Made by a program: the position numbers and the translations under genes. DNA of 20,760 nucleotides from Candidatus Heimdallarchaeota archaeon (GTDB lineage Archaea > Asgardarchaeota > Heimdallarchaeia > Heimdallarchaeales > Heimdallarchaeaceae), in contig DAOVER010000049.1 in the NCBI GenBank assembly GCA_030668875.1, positions 1 through 20,760 of the forward strand, in the 5' to 3' direction. This document shows, piece after piece, positions 1-8,966 of the stretch (position 1 is the first letter of the stretch; every line of letters begins with the position of its first letter). The notes below the pieces were generated by a model. That model was not told the DNA's origin. It worked only from the letters and a program-made list of their open reading frames with translations, and did not search any database.

Positions 1-997
1 ATGATAAAAGTGGTTTAAGATGATATGGGAGTGAGAATTTCACTTTTGAAGAAAAACCAAACTCATTAGTTATTCTTTTAATAGAATCCAACAATTTATG
101 TGAATAAATAGTAGGTTTTCTCAATGCTGGAATGATTGTTCTAAGTTCAATTACATCAATTGTTACCCCTTTTTCTTCAATTTCTTGAACAATATCTATT
201 AGAAAACTGAAATCCTCTTCATCTTCCTTGCAATTGAATCGAATTTTAAAGTGAGCATCTTCTAAATTACTGCTTATAAGTAATATATTATCTAGAATGG
301 TTCCAAGTGTTGAGCTAGAGGGATCTTCTCTTAATATTCTAGTTCTACGGTGTTGTTCCTCTGATACACCTATAGTTACGCTGAAGCGCCATTTAAATGA
401 TGGAAATGATGAAAAGAGAGCTAAATAACGGTTTAAATTGTAACCATTTGTTGTCACCATCAGTTCAATATTGGGCATCATCTCATGAACTCGCTTTAGA
501 ATTCTTTCAATAGTTTCAAAAGCGTGTTTATTATTCAGTAAAGGTTCTCCTCCATACAGGTGAATTTGTCTGGGAGGATTATTTCCATTGCTTGATTTTT
601 TTTCTATAACTGATAATGATTTTTCTACATCTAAGCAATCTTGATCATCACCGGTTTTTTGAAATGATTCATATTGTTGATAGCAATATGGGCACTTAAA
701 GTTACAATCATACCACAATGTTAAGTAAACAATTTCTTCACCATTAAATAACGTGTATAGATCAATTGATTTGTTCAATTCTGATAAAATCCTATCACTA
801 AGTTTTTTATTGAATTCATATAGTTCTTCTTCTTTTTTTGCGAAAAATAGTTCTTCCTTCTGTTCTTGTGTTAAGTAATTGGTTAAACTTTCTGGATCAC
901 TGTCAGTTTCTATTAGCATCTGTGTAATAATGTTATAATATAGCCAACTACCACTTTTTTGTTTTCTATGAATCAATATAGTATTATTCAATTTCAT
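1..997 (-). CDS. Radical SAM enzyme, 3'-partial (runs off the left edge; not in the ORF track)
   Basis: Hand translation from ATG at 997 stays open to position 2: MKLNNTILIHRKQKSGSWLYYNIITQML...LTLWYDCNFKCPYCYQ...IHLYGGEPLL...VTTNGYNL. It has the CxxxCxxC cluster motif plus the GGEP and TTNG motifs. The start overlaps the upstream ATPase stop by 14 nt. Confidence 0.93.
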   Translation of the reverse strand, partial: MKLNNTILIHRKQKSGSWLYYNIITQMLIETDSDPESLTNYLTQEQKEELFFAKKEEELYEFNKKLSDRILSELNKSIDLYTLFNGEEIVYLTLWYDCNFKCPYCYQQYESFQKTGDDQDCLDVEKSLSVIEKKSSNGNNPPRQIHLYGGEPLLNNKHAFETIERILKRVHEMMPNIELMVTTNGYNLNRYLALFSSFPSFKWRFSVTIGVSEEQHRRTRILREDPSSSTLGTILDNILLISSNLEDAHFKIRFNCKEDEEDFSFLIDIVQEIEEKGVTIDVIELRTIIPALRKPTIYSHKLLDSIKRITNEFGFSSKVKFSLPYHLKPLLS

Positions 998-1799
998 ACC
1001 GTCCTAAAATATTTGTAATATATTCCATAAGAATTGAATACTCTGGGTCCTTCTCTTTGAAAAACAAATCATTAAACACTTGATCTCTATAAGATATCTC
1101 GATCGAATAATCAAGAAAAATACACCTTTCTATGCCCAATTCAATAAAATTACTTTTCAATTTGTCCAACATCTTCTCTCTATCAATCGTGTATCTAGGA
1201 GTAACCATTGACACAAAGAGGTCGAATCTCTTTGACATGATTCTTCCCCTTAGTATCTTGACAATGCGTTTTATCCCTTCAATATTTGCTTTTGTTGGAG
1301 TGATACTACCTATGACTAAATCAGCAAGAATTATTGCATGGAGAGAGTAGTAATTGAGCTGAGCAGGAGTATCAAAGATAATAATATCATAAGATGTTTT
1401 TAATTTCGCACTAAAATCTAACATAAAAGGGAATAAATCATGCTCAATATTTGTTGAGTGTAGTATTAGGTCTTCTTGTAAAGAGAGTTCAGGATCAGAG
1501 AGAATTAAATCCAAATTCGAAAACGAACTTTGTATTATAATCTCATTCAAATCTGCACTTCTTCCTCTCTTCGCTTTTAATTCAGGTAATCTGTTGCTGT
1601 AATAATCATTAAGGTATGTCTTAGGCGCTAAATCAAACATATATAATAATTGAGGAGAGTATAAATCAAGGTCAACTAATATTGTCTTTAAACCCATTTT
1701 ACTAAATAGAATTCCCATATTGGCAGCTAGTGTGGACTTTCCTGTTCCACCCCTATAGGAAAAAACTGTTATGGTTAGGGGTTCTTCTTTCGTAGCCAT
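984..1799 (-). CDS. MinD/ParA-family P-loop ATPase
   Basis: Deviant Walker A SYRGGTGKST, DLDL motif, Walker B IIIFDTP. Starts 1 nt after the stop of the upstream gene. Confidence 0.9.
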   Translation of the reverse strand: MATKEEPLTITVFSYRGGTGKSTLAANMGILFSKMGLKTILVDLDLYSPQLLYMFDLAPKTYLNDYYSNRLPELKAKRGRSADLNEIIIQSSFSNLDLILSDPELSLQEDLILHSTNIEHDLFPFMLDFSAKLKTSYDIIIFDTPAQLNYYSLHAIILADLVIGSITPTKANIEGIKRIVKILRGRIMSKRFDLFVSMVTPRYTIDREKMLDKLKSNFIELGIERCIFLDYSIEISYRDQVFNDLFFKEKDPEYSILMEYITNILGRYEIE

Positions 1800-1800
1800 A

Positions 1801-2916
1801 TTAATTCACATATATCACTCTTTTTTCTTTCTCATATCTTATTTTTATAACCAAATGCTTCTTTAGCCACTCAATAGCCTCCATTATGATTTCATCATCA
1901 ACATTGTTTTTTTTCGCAATTTCTGATTTCAACTCGTCAACAGAAATTTTCTCAATATTGAAAACCAACATTTTTTGAATGGTTTCGGTTATAACAACAT
2001 ATTCTGATGGGATAGAATATTGAAATTTTATATTGTAAAGATTGCTCTTTTTCTTAAATTCTGTTCTAAACATAAATAATAACTCTGAAATTTGGGTTTG
2101 AATCTTGTTAGTTATTTCTTTGATTTTTTCTTGTGTATATGCTGAAACCCCAACATAATCACGAAGAAAGAAGTCTAAATTTCTTACAATGGTCGGTGCT
2201 AGAATATACCCCAAATACTGGGGTTTTGTTATTATTAAGAAACAATAAGGAACATAGGTTTGGTACAGTATTTTCATTTCTTCTTTTGGTTTCTTCAATT
2301 CTAATATGTCGCTCCTACTAATTCCCCGCTTCGTGCCAAGGAACCTCACAACGGCTAGATGGTCGTATCTTTGTGCATTATAAATAATATGATCATCTTT
2401 AGGAAGTTCTCCGCCATTTTCTTCCAAAATCTGAAAACTATCCTTAATATATTCAAAATTCAATAAATCAGGATATGTTTGTGATAATGTGTCTTTATCT
2501 TCATAGGAATGTACAATCTTCTGATTTTCAAATGAATAAAGGAAAATAATACGACAAAATCTTGTAGGAAAGAACTTATCTTTTTCTTCATCCAATATCT
2601 CAGAAGAATAAATTGCAGAAATATCATCGTAAATTTGTTCCAGTATGGTTATTTCAAGAGTGTCTCTTGCTTTAAAGATCTCTGATTTAGTCCCTACAAA
2701 AAAATACTTTCCCTTATTACCCCTTCTAGTTCTAATTTCTTTTTCTAAATTTGAATATGAAATGCTAGAGTTCTTGTTATAAATGTTGAAGAGATATTTC
2801 TTTCCAGGATAGATATTTATCCAATAAGGAATAGTTACACATCCTTCCTTATCTACATTTTTCTCATATTTTATTGGTAAAGATGTTTGTTCTTCTATCT
2901 CTTCATCCTTTTGCAT
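1801..2916 (-). CDS. Multidomain hypothetical protein: N-terminal AbrB/MraZ-like swapped hairpin, uncharacterised alpha/beta middle, C-terminal winged helix
   Basis: 371-aa ORF with GAGG RBS. KNVDKEGCVTIP resembles the AbrB VDxxGRIxIP motif. The C-terminal VDELKSEIAKK...IIMEAIEWLKK..IKIRYEKEKRVIYV has a wHTH pattern. Domain calls are by eye. Confidence 0.65.
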   Translation of the reverse strand: MQKDEEIEEQTSLPIKYEKNVDKEGCVTIPYWINIYPGKKYLFNIYNKNSSISYSNLEKEIRTRRGNKGKYFFVGTKSEIFKARDTLEITILEQIYDDISAIYSSEILDEEKDKFFPTRFCRIIFLYSFENQKIVHSYEDKDTLSQTYPDLLNFEYIKDSFQILEENGGELPKDDHIIYNAQRYDHLAVVRFLGTKRGISRSDILELKKPKEEMKILYQTYVPYCFLIITKPQYLGYILAPTIVRNLDFFLRDYVGVSAYTQEKIKEITNKIQTQISELLFMFRTEFKKKSNLYNIKFQYSIPSEYVVITETIQKMLVFNIEKISVDELKSEIAKKNNVDDEIIMEAIEWLKKHLVIKIRYEKEKRVIYVN

Positions 2917-3050
2917 TATTCCTCTACTCGATTTCAGCTAGTTATTGAATATCAGTTACGAATAGCAATTAGCCCTTCACATATTATTCTTTAAATTGGT
3001 TTATAAATATAGCACAAAAAAAGCAATTTATTCAAGTGAATCACTAAATA

Positions 3051-3057
3051 TTTATAA
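3051..3057 (+). promoter_or_regulatory. Archaeal TATA box, probably a leaderless transcript of the wHTH gene
   Basis: TTTATAA at canonical spacing from ATG 3080. Confidence 0.55.
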
Positions 3058-3079
3058 GAAAAATTCGCTAAATCTAGTT

Positions 3080-3505
3080 ATGCATCAGGACAGTCTCAAA
3101 GAGATATCGATATTAGAACAAAAATCAGCTCTACAAATACTTGTCCAATTGCTAGAATATGGGGGAACGATGCAGATAAGTTTCCTAGAACAATCTGTCG
3201 ATGGCGGTCAATCTGCTGTTGAAACAGCAATTAGAAAACTCTCTTCTATAAAGATAGTTCAAGATTACCAAATGTACGAAAAGGGTCCAAGGTACATCAT
3301 GTTGACTAGTAAAGGTGAGAGTATAGCTTATGATCTAATTTCTATTCAAGAAAAAATAAATCAAGAATATCCTGATGAGAAAGATGTTAAGGATAAAATA
3401 GATTTAGTAGTACAACTATCAGAGAAACAAAAAAAGCATGGTTTGGCAAGAAAAACCATTTATCTGAAAGATGAAAGAAGAAAGATACTAACAAAAGAGA
3501 AGTAA
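3080..3505 (+). CDS. Winged helix-turn-helix transcription regulator (HxlR/MarR-like), divergent from the ATPase operon
   Basis: ALQILVQLL...SAVETAIRKLSSIKIV...RYIMLTSKGESIA. The ATG at 3080 is preferred over the track's TTG at 2996 because TTTATAA (3051-3057) lies ~26 nt upstream. Confidence 0.8.
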   Translation: MHQDSLKEISILEQKSALQILVQLLEYGGTMQISFLEQSVDGGQSAVETAIRKLSSIKIVQDYQMYEKGPRYIMLTSKGESIAYDLISIQEKINQEYPDEKDVKDKIDLVVQLSEKQKKHGLARKTIYLKDERRKILTKEK

Positions 3506-3550
3506 GTTGAAATTACAAAAACCATATCTATTAACGGAAGAGGAGATACA

Positions 3551-4330
3551 ATGCCAGAAGAAGAAACCACGATAGATGAGGAATATTGTAAAACTCACAA
3601 TGAAGATAAATCAATGTATGAGAAACCTTTAGGTAAACTGCTCTTAACCATCATAACGGTTTATTCGTTTTTGATAGCAATACTAGCATTAACATATGAT
3701 AAAGATATTTTTTTCTTCTTACCTGTATCAACTATAATAATTGGATTAGACTGTGCTTATCTATTCTACATAGTTGTAAGTGCTAATTTGAATTATTTTG
3801 GCGAGAAACTACCAAAAATCGTAAAGAGTAATTTAGAAGGTTATTCACTGAATATAATAATTATTATTGTATGCTGGTTCTCTTTATCCTTTCTTTATGA
3901 GATATATTTTGTTAAAGAATCAGTTTCTAGACCTTGGTTGATAGTTCTATTTATCATATCACAGATAATCTTTGGCGTACCTATAATTATAAGTCAATTA
4001 AGAGCAACATTACATAGTCTTTCTGCACTGTATTTTAAAAACAAAAAGATATACCAATCAATTCAATCTGTCAGAGTTTGGTTAAATAAGTATAATAAAC
4101 AGACAATTTTCTTGATATTTCTTTTTCATATGACATTTACATCATTCAATTTTGTAATCCTGATGGGGACATCTTGCAGCATTATTTTTTTAGATTGGTT
4201 CTTTTTTGGTGAATTATGTATCACACTTATTCTTCCTCTGGGTCTTTATACCATCATTAATTTTTGTAGCTGGTGTAAAAATAAGTGTAAAAGTAAAAAG
4301 GAAAAAAGGGAACTCCTTGGAGAAGATTAG
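3551..4330 (+). CDS. Polytopic membrane protein (about 6 hydrophobic segments), unknown function
   Basis: GAGGAG RBS at ~3540, multiple long hydrophobic runs, basic C-terminal tail. Confidence 0.8.
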   Translation: MPEEETTIDEEYCKTHNEDKSMYEKPLGKLLLTIITVYSFLIAILALTYDKDIFFFLPVSTIIIGLDCAYLFYIVVSANLNYFGEKLPKIVKSNLEGYSLNIIIIIVCWFSLSFLYEIYFVKESVSRPWLIVLFIISQIIFGVPIIISQLRATLHSLSALYFKNKKIYQSIQSVRVWLNKYNKQTIFLIFLFHMTFTSFNFVILMGTSCSIIFLDWFFFGELCITLILPLGLYTIINFCSWCKNKCKSKKEKRELLGED

Positions 4331-4415
4331 CTGTCATTTGGTCTTCATTAATCTCCTCGTCTCATCCCTAATTCCATATTGAACATAATTCTACTATATT
4401 TTCTTAAATCATTTC

Positions 4416-5042
4416 CTATTTTCTTAGTTTACCGTATTGATCTAATCTTAACCCACATTTTGGACAAAATAATTCCTTTGGAGGAGTGATTTTTCTACAA
4501 ACAGGACACACTCGTTTTTGTTCTGCTAGGTTTTTCACCTTAACTCGTGGTACAGTTTTAGTGCTTCTATTTAATATCATTGTAATTATAGGAAAAATCA
4601 CTGTTGCTGCTATACTCAAGAGAATGGGTAGTATCGTTACAGCATGAACTTTGATTATGCTTCCAAAATAATTTCCTTCATGAATCCGAATAAGTAAATA
4701 AGTGGCATCCTTAAACCACACTTTACTATGCTTCCCTATACTGAAAATTTTCTCCCATACCACCTCTCCTCCAGAAGTAGAAGTTAATGCCGTTATCTTT
4801 AGTTTAGCTGTTGATGAAGAACCTGGAAGATCATTTCGTATTTCAACTACTATCTTATAAGCTGCTGGATTTGCCAAATTTGGAGAGATTGTTGTCCCCA
4901 TTGTATAGCCATCTAATCGGTAATCCCTAATTCCTGAGACATAAGTCAGCAATACTTTTGATTGTGCGAAAGAAGTATAACAACCATAACTTAAAGCCCC
5001 ACCGATTAAAATGATTAAAAAATAAGTAGTTCCTTTCTTCAT
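4416..5042 (-). CDS. Membrane-anchored protein with C-terminal zinc ribbon
   Basis: N-terminal signal/TM segment, second TM (ILPILLSIAATVIFPIITMIL), CPVC-x10-CPKC at the C-terminus, GGAG RBS. Confidence 0.82.
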   Translation of the reverse strand: MKKGTTYFLIILIGGALSYGCYTSFAQSKVLLTYVSGIRDYRLDGYTMGTTISPNLANPAAYKIVVEIRNDLPGSSSTAKLKITALTSTSGGEVVWEKIFSIGKHSKVWFKDATYLLIRIHEGNYFGSIIKVHAVTILPILLSIAATVIFPIITMILNRSTKTVPRVKVKNLAEQKRVCPVCRKITPPKELFCPKCGLRLDQYGKLRK

Positions 5043-5067
5043 TTATTCTCACTCCTGAATGTCTGAT

Positions 5068-5631
5068 TTAATGTTCTTTTTCCTCTTCCTTTGGTTCTAC
5101 ACAGAAGAAACCATTTGCAAATATCTTTTTGAAATTATGAGTTTCCAATTCTTCCTTTTTAATATTGTATATTCTGAAATTATAAGGCTCTTTTCAAAAG
5201 CAACACCCATCTAATATAATAACTGCTTCTTGAGCTTTCATTCCTTTCTTAACATTTTTTTCTATCCACAAACTTATCTCTTCAAAATCTTGACCATTTT
5301 TTGGATAGACTATTGCTAATACTATCTTTGATTTGGAATTAAGGAGTTTATTTTCTAATGTCTCCTGAATTATTATCTCTTTATCTGTTACATTCTCGTG
5401 TTCCACATGAAGTATCATTTCATCTTTCTTTTGTTCTAGTGAATAATCCCACCAAGTAAGATCGTATCTTTCTAGTTCATACTGCACAAGATGACCTAAC
5501 ATCCTACCTAATCTATCAAAGTAGTCAAGGATTCTATGAGTCCAAGTAGTATTAGTATTATCCCCCACTAACTGAAAAGAATGATAATTTTCAGTAAAGC
5601 CATATATTAAATCGTTGCTATCAATTGTCAT
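5068..5631 (-). pseudogene. PD-(D/E)xK-like nuclease-fold gene interrupted by an in-frame TGA at 5194-5196
   Basis: YDLTWW...LHVEHEN resembles a D...ExE nuclease core. After the TGA the frame stays open for 41 codons (KEPYNFRIYNIKK...EKEH) to TAA 5068-5070, just before the RBS of the next gene. Confidence 0.6.
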
Positions 5632-5645
5632 AAGTAATAACCATC

Positions 5646-6249
5646 TTATTTGTTCTTCATCATCCTTTTTGTTTCTTTCTCTGAGTAGGCATTGAACAAG
5701 TCTCTGTAGATAGCTTTCTGAAACTTCTTCTTATTCTCTCTTTCCACCGTATCTCTGCTGACTATCTGTTTGTAAAGAATAATTTCATCATAGAGTTTGA
5801 CCAATCCTTCTTTTTCACATCTCTTTTCCAATAAGGTTAATTTCTGAAACATTACCTTGTTACTCACTCCTTGAAGATAGGAGTAGATATATGCAAACGC
5901 TTCTGCCATGATTTTCAACGAACTGTTCTCTATCTGTTCTATCTTCCCCAGATACATCTCCATTATCTGCATGAATTCCCCATAATTTCCTGTGGAAAGC
6001 AAGAGTTTAGCGATTAGTAGATTAGCAAAGATGTTCTCCGTCTTCTCCTCTTCTTTGCTGTTGTTCAGCCTCTCCATCGTCTTTTCTACTTTCTTTCTAT
6101 ATCCTCCTGAACTGTGAGAATTGATCTCTATTAAGTAATCTATGACTTTCCTCAAACGTTCCTCGATATATTTCTCATCTTTCTCTATTACACCTTCCAG
6201 TGTCTCTACTTTTATCCCAGAATAAACGATTAATTCTCCCAAGATTTGC
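5646..6249 (-). pseudogene. 5'-truncated paralogous copy of the C-terminal third of the TPR-like gene at 9155-10876
   Basis: Gap-free alignment to 9179-9770. Homology stops abruptly at 6249. No ATG in the upstream frame before TAA at 6336-6338. Confidence 0.85.
5658..6249. repeat. Direct repeat copy A (592 bp, ~89% identical to copy B)
   Basis: Constant offset of 3521 nt to copy B, no indels, ~66 mismatches by hand count. Confidence 0.95.
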
Positions 6250-6407
6250 TCCCACCAGATTTCAAGATAAATATTAATTTTAGTATCAATGCTTCTCCTT
6301 GTTACGATGTGTTTGTAGATAGGTCTGTGAAAGCATTATTCTACGCTTTCTTCCATTCTTCCTTATTTTCAATAAGATTTATTAATAGTTCATCAATATT
6401 AATACTA

Positions 6408-7067
6408 ATGTTTCAAAGTTTAAAGAGGAAAATTATTGCTTTTTTGTTCTCTTCCCTAATCCTCCTAGGACATATTAATCTTTGTTCGGGGGAGGAGCAT
6501 TTAGTTGTAAGAATTGTTGACGCGGAGTACCCTCCTTACGTGAGAATATATGAAAATGAGAATTACACTATTTTCAGCATTGACGTAGACTTACAAATAG
6601 AAAACCCAACAGAATCTACATTTAATCTTACATTTATTTGTTCCCCCATCCCATATCCGCATTTAGAATCAAATCTAATAAATAAGAGTCTTGAAGTTGG
6701 GACAACAATTCTTTATGAATGGATTGCAGGGGAAGGCATAATCCCGCCTGGTACAAAAAATCAGAGTTATGATTTTACAATCTTGATAGCTGATTACGAA
6801 AATAAGCAACTTCCTTTAGGAGAGTATACTCTCTGGTTTGATTATACCAATTGCAGTTATGTTTCTATCCCAGTTATAACAGAAAAAATGCATATTAGTG
6901 TGTCTGAAACAAACATCACTTATTACTTTGAATGTAACAACACTACGAAAACATTTACAATAGAAAAAGCAAATTATAAACTGTGGTTCTCTATTAGTTC
7001 TATTTTCTTATTAGTAGTAGGTTTCAGATTTTTAAAAGCCACTAAGAGCAAAGAGAGAAAGTTGTAA
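6408..7067 (+). CDS. Secreted, C-terminally membrane-anchored protein (probable beta-sandwich ectodomain)
   Basis: ATG 6408 gives the signal peptide MFQSLKRKIIAFLFSSLILLGHINLCSG. TATA-like TTTATTAA at 6378-6385. C-terminal TM plus basic tail. The track's start at 6246 crosses the repeat junction and is unlikely. Confidence 0.8.
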   Translation: MFQSLKRKIIAFLFSSLILLGHINLCSGEEHLVVRIVDAEYPPYVRIYENENYTIFSIDVDLQIENPTESTFNLTFICSPIPYPHLESNLINKSLEVGTTILYEWIAGEGIIPPGTKNQSYDFTILIADYENKQLPLGEYTLWFDYTNCSYVSIPVITEKMHISVSETNITYYFECNNTTKTFTIEKANYKLWFSISSIFLLVVGFRFLKATKSKERKL

Positions 7068-7104
7068 GAGGAAAAAAATAGAAGCCAGAAAAAAAGTGAA
7101 AATT

Positions 7105-8664
7105 TTAGTAGTTTAGTTTGAAGTATTTCCACATCTCATATCCATCTATAATTCCCCATCCACAATTAGAAGTTGTATAAATAGCATGTTCATAATCCGC
7201 TACATATGGATAGCCAGGATAAGCGTTTTGTAACCAGCTATAAGAACCAAAAATATATTCACCTTGCTGACTTGGTGCACTACCTAATGCATCTCCCGTC
7301 TTTTGAAATAATAATTGTACCAATGAAACAGTTAGATCTTCATTAGGTCTGTAACTGTCTTGATATTCTTCAAGTAGTGCAATAATTCCAGCCACCATTG
7401 GACATGCATTGCTTGTTCCTGCAAACTCATCAAAGCTTGGAACGGGAGCCCAATCTAATATTGTGCCTGCAAAACTAGCAGCTATGTCCACTCCCCAACC
7501 TGAATTTGCTCTTATATCTCTATTCCATCTGCTTCCAGAACCTAGAGTTGTGTCACTGTCAATAACTCCAGTAACACCAATAACAGATTCAAAAGAACAG
7601 GGGTAGAAAGCTTCGTAATATAGATAGAAAACTGATCCTTCAGTTTCCGGAGGAACACATTGTCCAGCAGCACATACAGGAATCACTCCAGCATTTGTCA
7701 ATGTTTGAAATTCATCCTCCAAAGGAACATAGTAACCTTCACCATGTTGCTCTGACCAAGACATCGATATAATATCAATTCCTAAGAATTCAAATGGAGC
7801 TTTATTGCCGTAGACAGGATCATTCCTATCTTCTACTAACCACTCAATTGCATCAACTGTTTTATATTTATTACCTAGAGTTTCTATGAAAATATAGTTA
7901 GCTGCAGGTGCTATATGTCTTAAAACTGCCATACAATAAGTACCATGAACCTCAGAAGGGAGGTCATAATTACCCTTACCTTCGTCATATATCTCCTGCC
8001 ATTTCTCTTCTTTGGTAGGGTTTTCTACATCCCATTCTTCATAAAAATCTCCATCAGAATGAGTGAAATATTTTATATCTATATATCTATTCTCTGTTGC
8101 TCCCCCGTAACATGTTCTCCACAAGGATTCATGAAAGAAAGAAAGACTGTCATCACAACCTATGAGATCATCGATGATGCAGATTGTGACACCACTTCCA
8201 TCTAAATAATATTTTCCAGTTTCATAGTCATGTAGCTTATCTATCCTAAAATCCTCCAAATCTGTAGTATCATCAATATTATTAATAGTGAAATATTTAA
8301 TTTCTTCAATATCACGTCTTTCTGGTGGCCAACCAAATTTAGAAAAGTAAGCAGTAACTCTTACAGTATGGCTTCCAGCATAAGCTTGTGGATAATATTG
8401 CTTCTCAAAAGGTGAGCCTTCCCCTCCAGATGTTCGTTCAACGAAGATTCCACTGATATATATATCAGTGTAGTCATACCTCCAAGGAAAATTATCAGTA
8501 ACTGAGAATTTAACCGTTATTTTGTTATAGAACAAAACTTCCTCATTTGTTGTTGGTTTAAGTATTGTTATTGTACCAGGATTTTCTGCCTTCGATACTA
8601 ATGTTGAAAGTCCTAAGGCTAATATTAACAAAACAACGATCGACACTGACTTAATTTTCTTCAT
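7105..8664 (-). CDS. Secreted S8 (subtilisin-like) serine protease with N-terminal Ig-like domain
   Basis: Signal peptide. Catalytic triad motifs ICIIDD (Asp), HGT (His) and FAGTSNACPMVAGIIALL (Ser). GAGTGA RBS, with BRE/TATA-like CGAAAG-A-TTGATATA at 8724-8711. Confidence 0.92.
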   Translation of the reverse strand: MKKIKSVSIVVLLILALGLSTLVSKAENPGTITILKPTTNEEVLFYNKITVKFSVTDNFPWRYDYTDIYISGIFVERTSGGEGSPFEKQYYPQAYAGSHTVRVTAYFSKFGWPPERRDIEEIKYFTINNIDDTTDLEDFRIDKLHDYETGKYYLDGSGVTICIIDDLIGCDDSLSFFHESLWRTCYGGATENRYIDIKYFTHSDGDFYEEWDVENPTKEEKWQEIYDEGKGNYDLPSEVHGTYCMAVLRHIAPAANYIFIETLGNKYKTVDAIEWLVEDRNDPVYGNKAPFEFLGIDIISMSWSEQHGEGYYVPLEDEFQTLTNAGVIPVCAAGQCVPPETEGSVFYLYYEAFYPCSFESVIGVTGVIDSDTTLGSGSRWNRDIRANSGWGVDIAASFAGTILDWAPVPSFDEFAGTSNACPMVAGIIALLEEYQDSYRPNEDLTVSLVQLLFQKTGDALGSAPSQQGEYIFGSYSWLQNAYPGYPYVADYEHAIYTTSNCGWGIIDGYEMWKYFKLNY

Positions 8665-8726
8665 AAATTATCACTCATTTTCGTGAAACAACTAATAATA
8701 GGAATAATTCTATATCAATCTTTCGG

Positions 8727-8915
8727 AGCGAGAAGGCTGAAGAGAAAAAGCTGAAAAAAAAGTTTAATAATTTCAACAAACATATCGATTCATTTAGTAA
8801 GTTACTGCAACTTGGACAAGATATATTATTAGTTAATCTCCTCGATTATCAAACCTTAGATAATTTACTGAGCTATGTTTTGAAAGAATTACAAGATTGT
8901 ATAAGATTTTCTTAA
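8727..8915 (+). pseudogene. Probable 5'-truncated gene remnant
   Basis: Start-less open frame (SEKAEEKKLKKKFNNFNKHIDSFSKLLQLGQDILLVNLLDYQTLDNLLSYVLKELQDCIRFS) ending at TAA 8913-8915, with protein-like composition. Confidence 0.4.
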
Positions 8916-8966
8916 ATTAAGAACATAAGTAACGTTATATCTACTAGAAAGAAGTTTTAAATTGTT

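Noticed and set aside
1132-2321. + strand ORFs 1132-1350 and 2133-2321
   Set aside because: Antisense shadows of well-supported minus-strand genes, with no recognisable motifs.
2933-2975. Weak hairpin in the leader of the 371-aa gene
   Set aside because: Only two 4-bp segments in AT-rich DNA; expected by chance.
2996-3079. TTG-initiated N-terminal extension of the wHTH gene
   Set aside because: It runs through the promoter region; a TATA box sits at the right distance from ATG 3080.
4338-4360. GAGGAG RBS plus ATG on the minus strand
   Set aside because: Only four codons before TGA; cannot distinguish a clipped gene start from chance.
5421-5452. Partial match to the leader motif (CTTTTGTTC...AATAATCCCAC)
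   Set aside because: Antisense within a coding region, wrong spacing, explained by the Trp-Trp-Asp-Tyr codons.
6246-6407. Track's N-terminal extension of the secreted protein
   Set aside because: Crosses the repeat junction and displaces an obvious signal peptide that begins at ATG 6408.
7409-8205. + strand ORFs 7409-7606 and 7945-8205
   Set aside because: Antisense to the subtilase catalytic domain.
8679-8707. Possible degenerate fourth leader motif upstream of the subtilase
   Set aside because: Only 18/29 identity in AT-rich sequence, with both CCC blocks lost.
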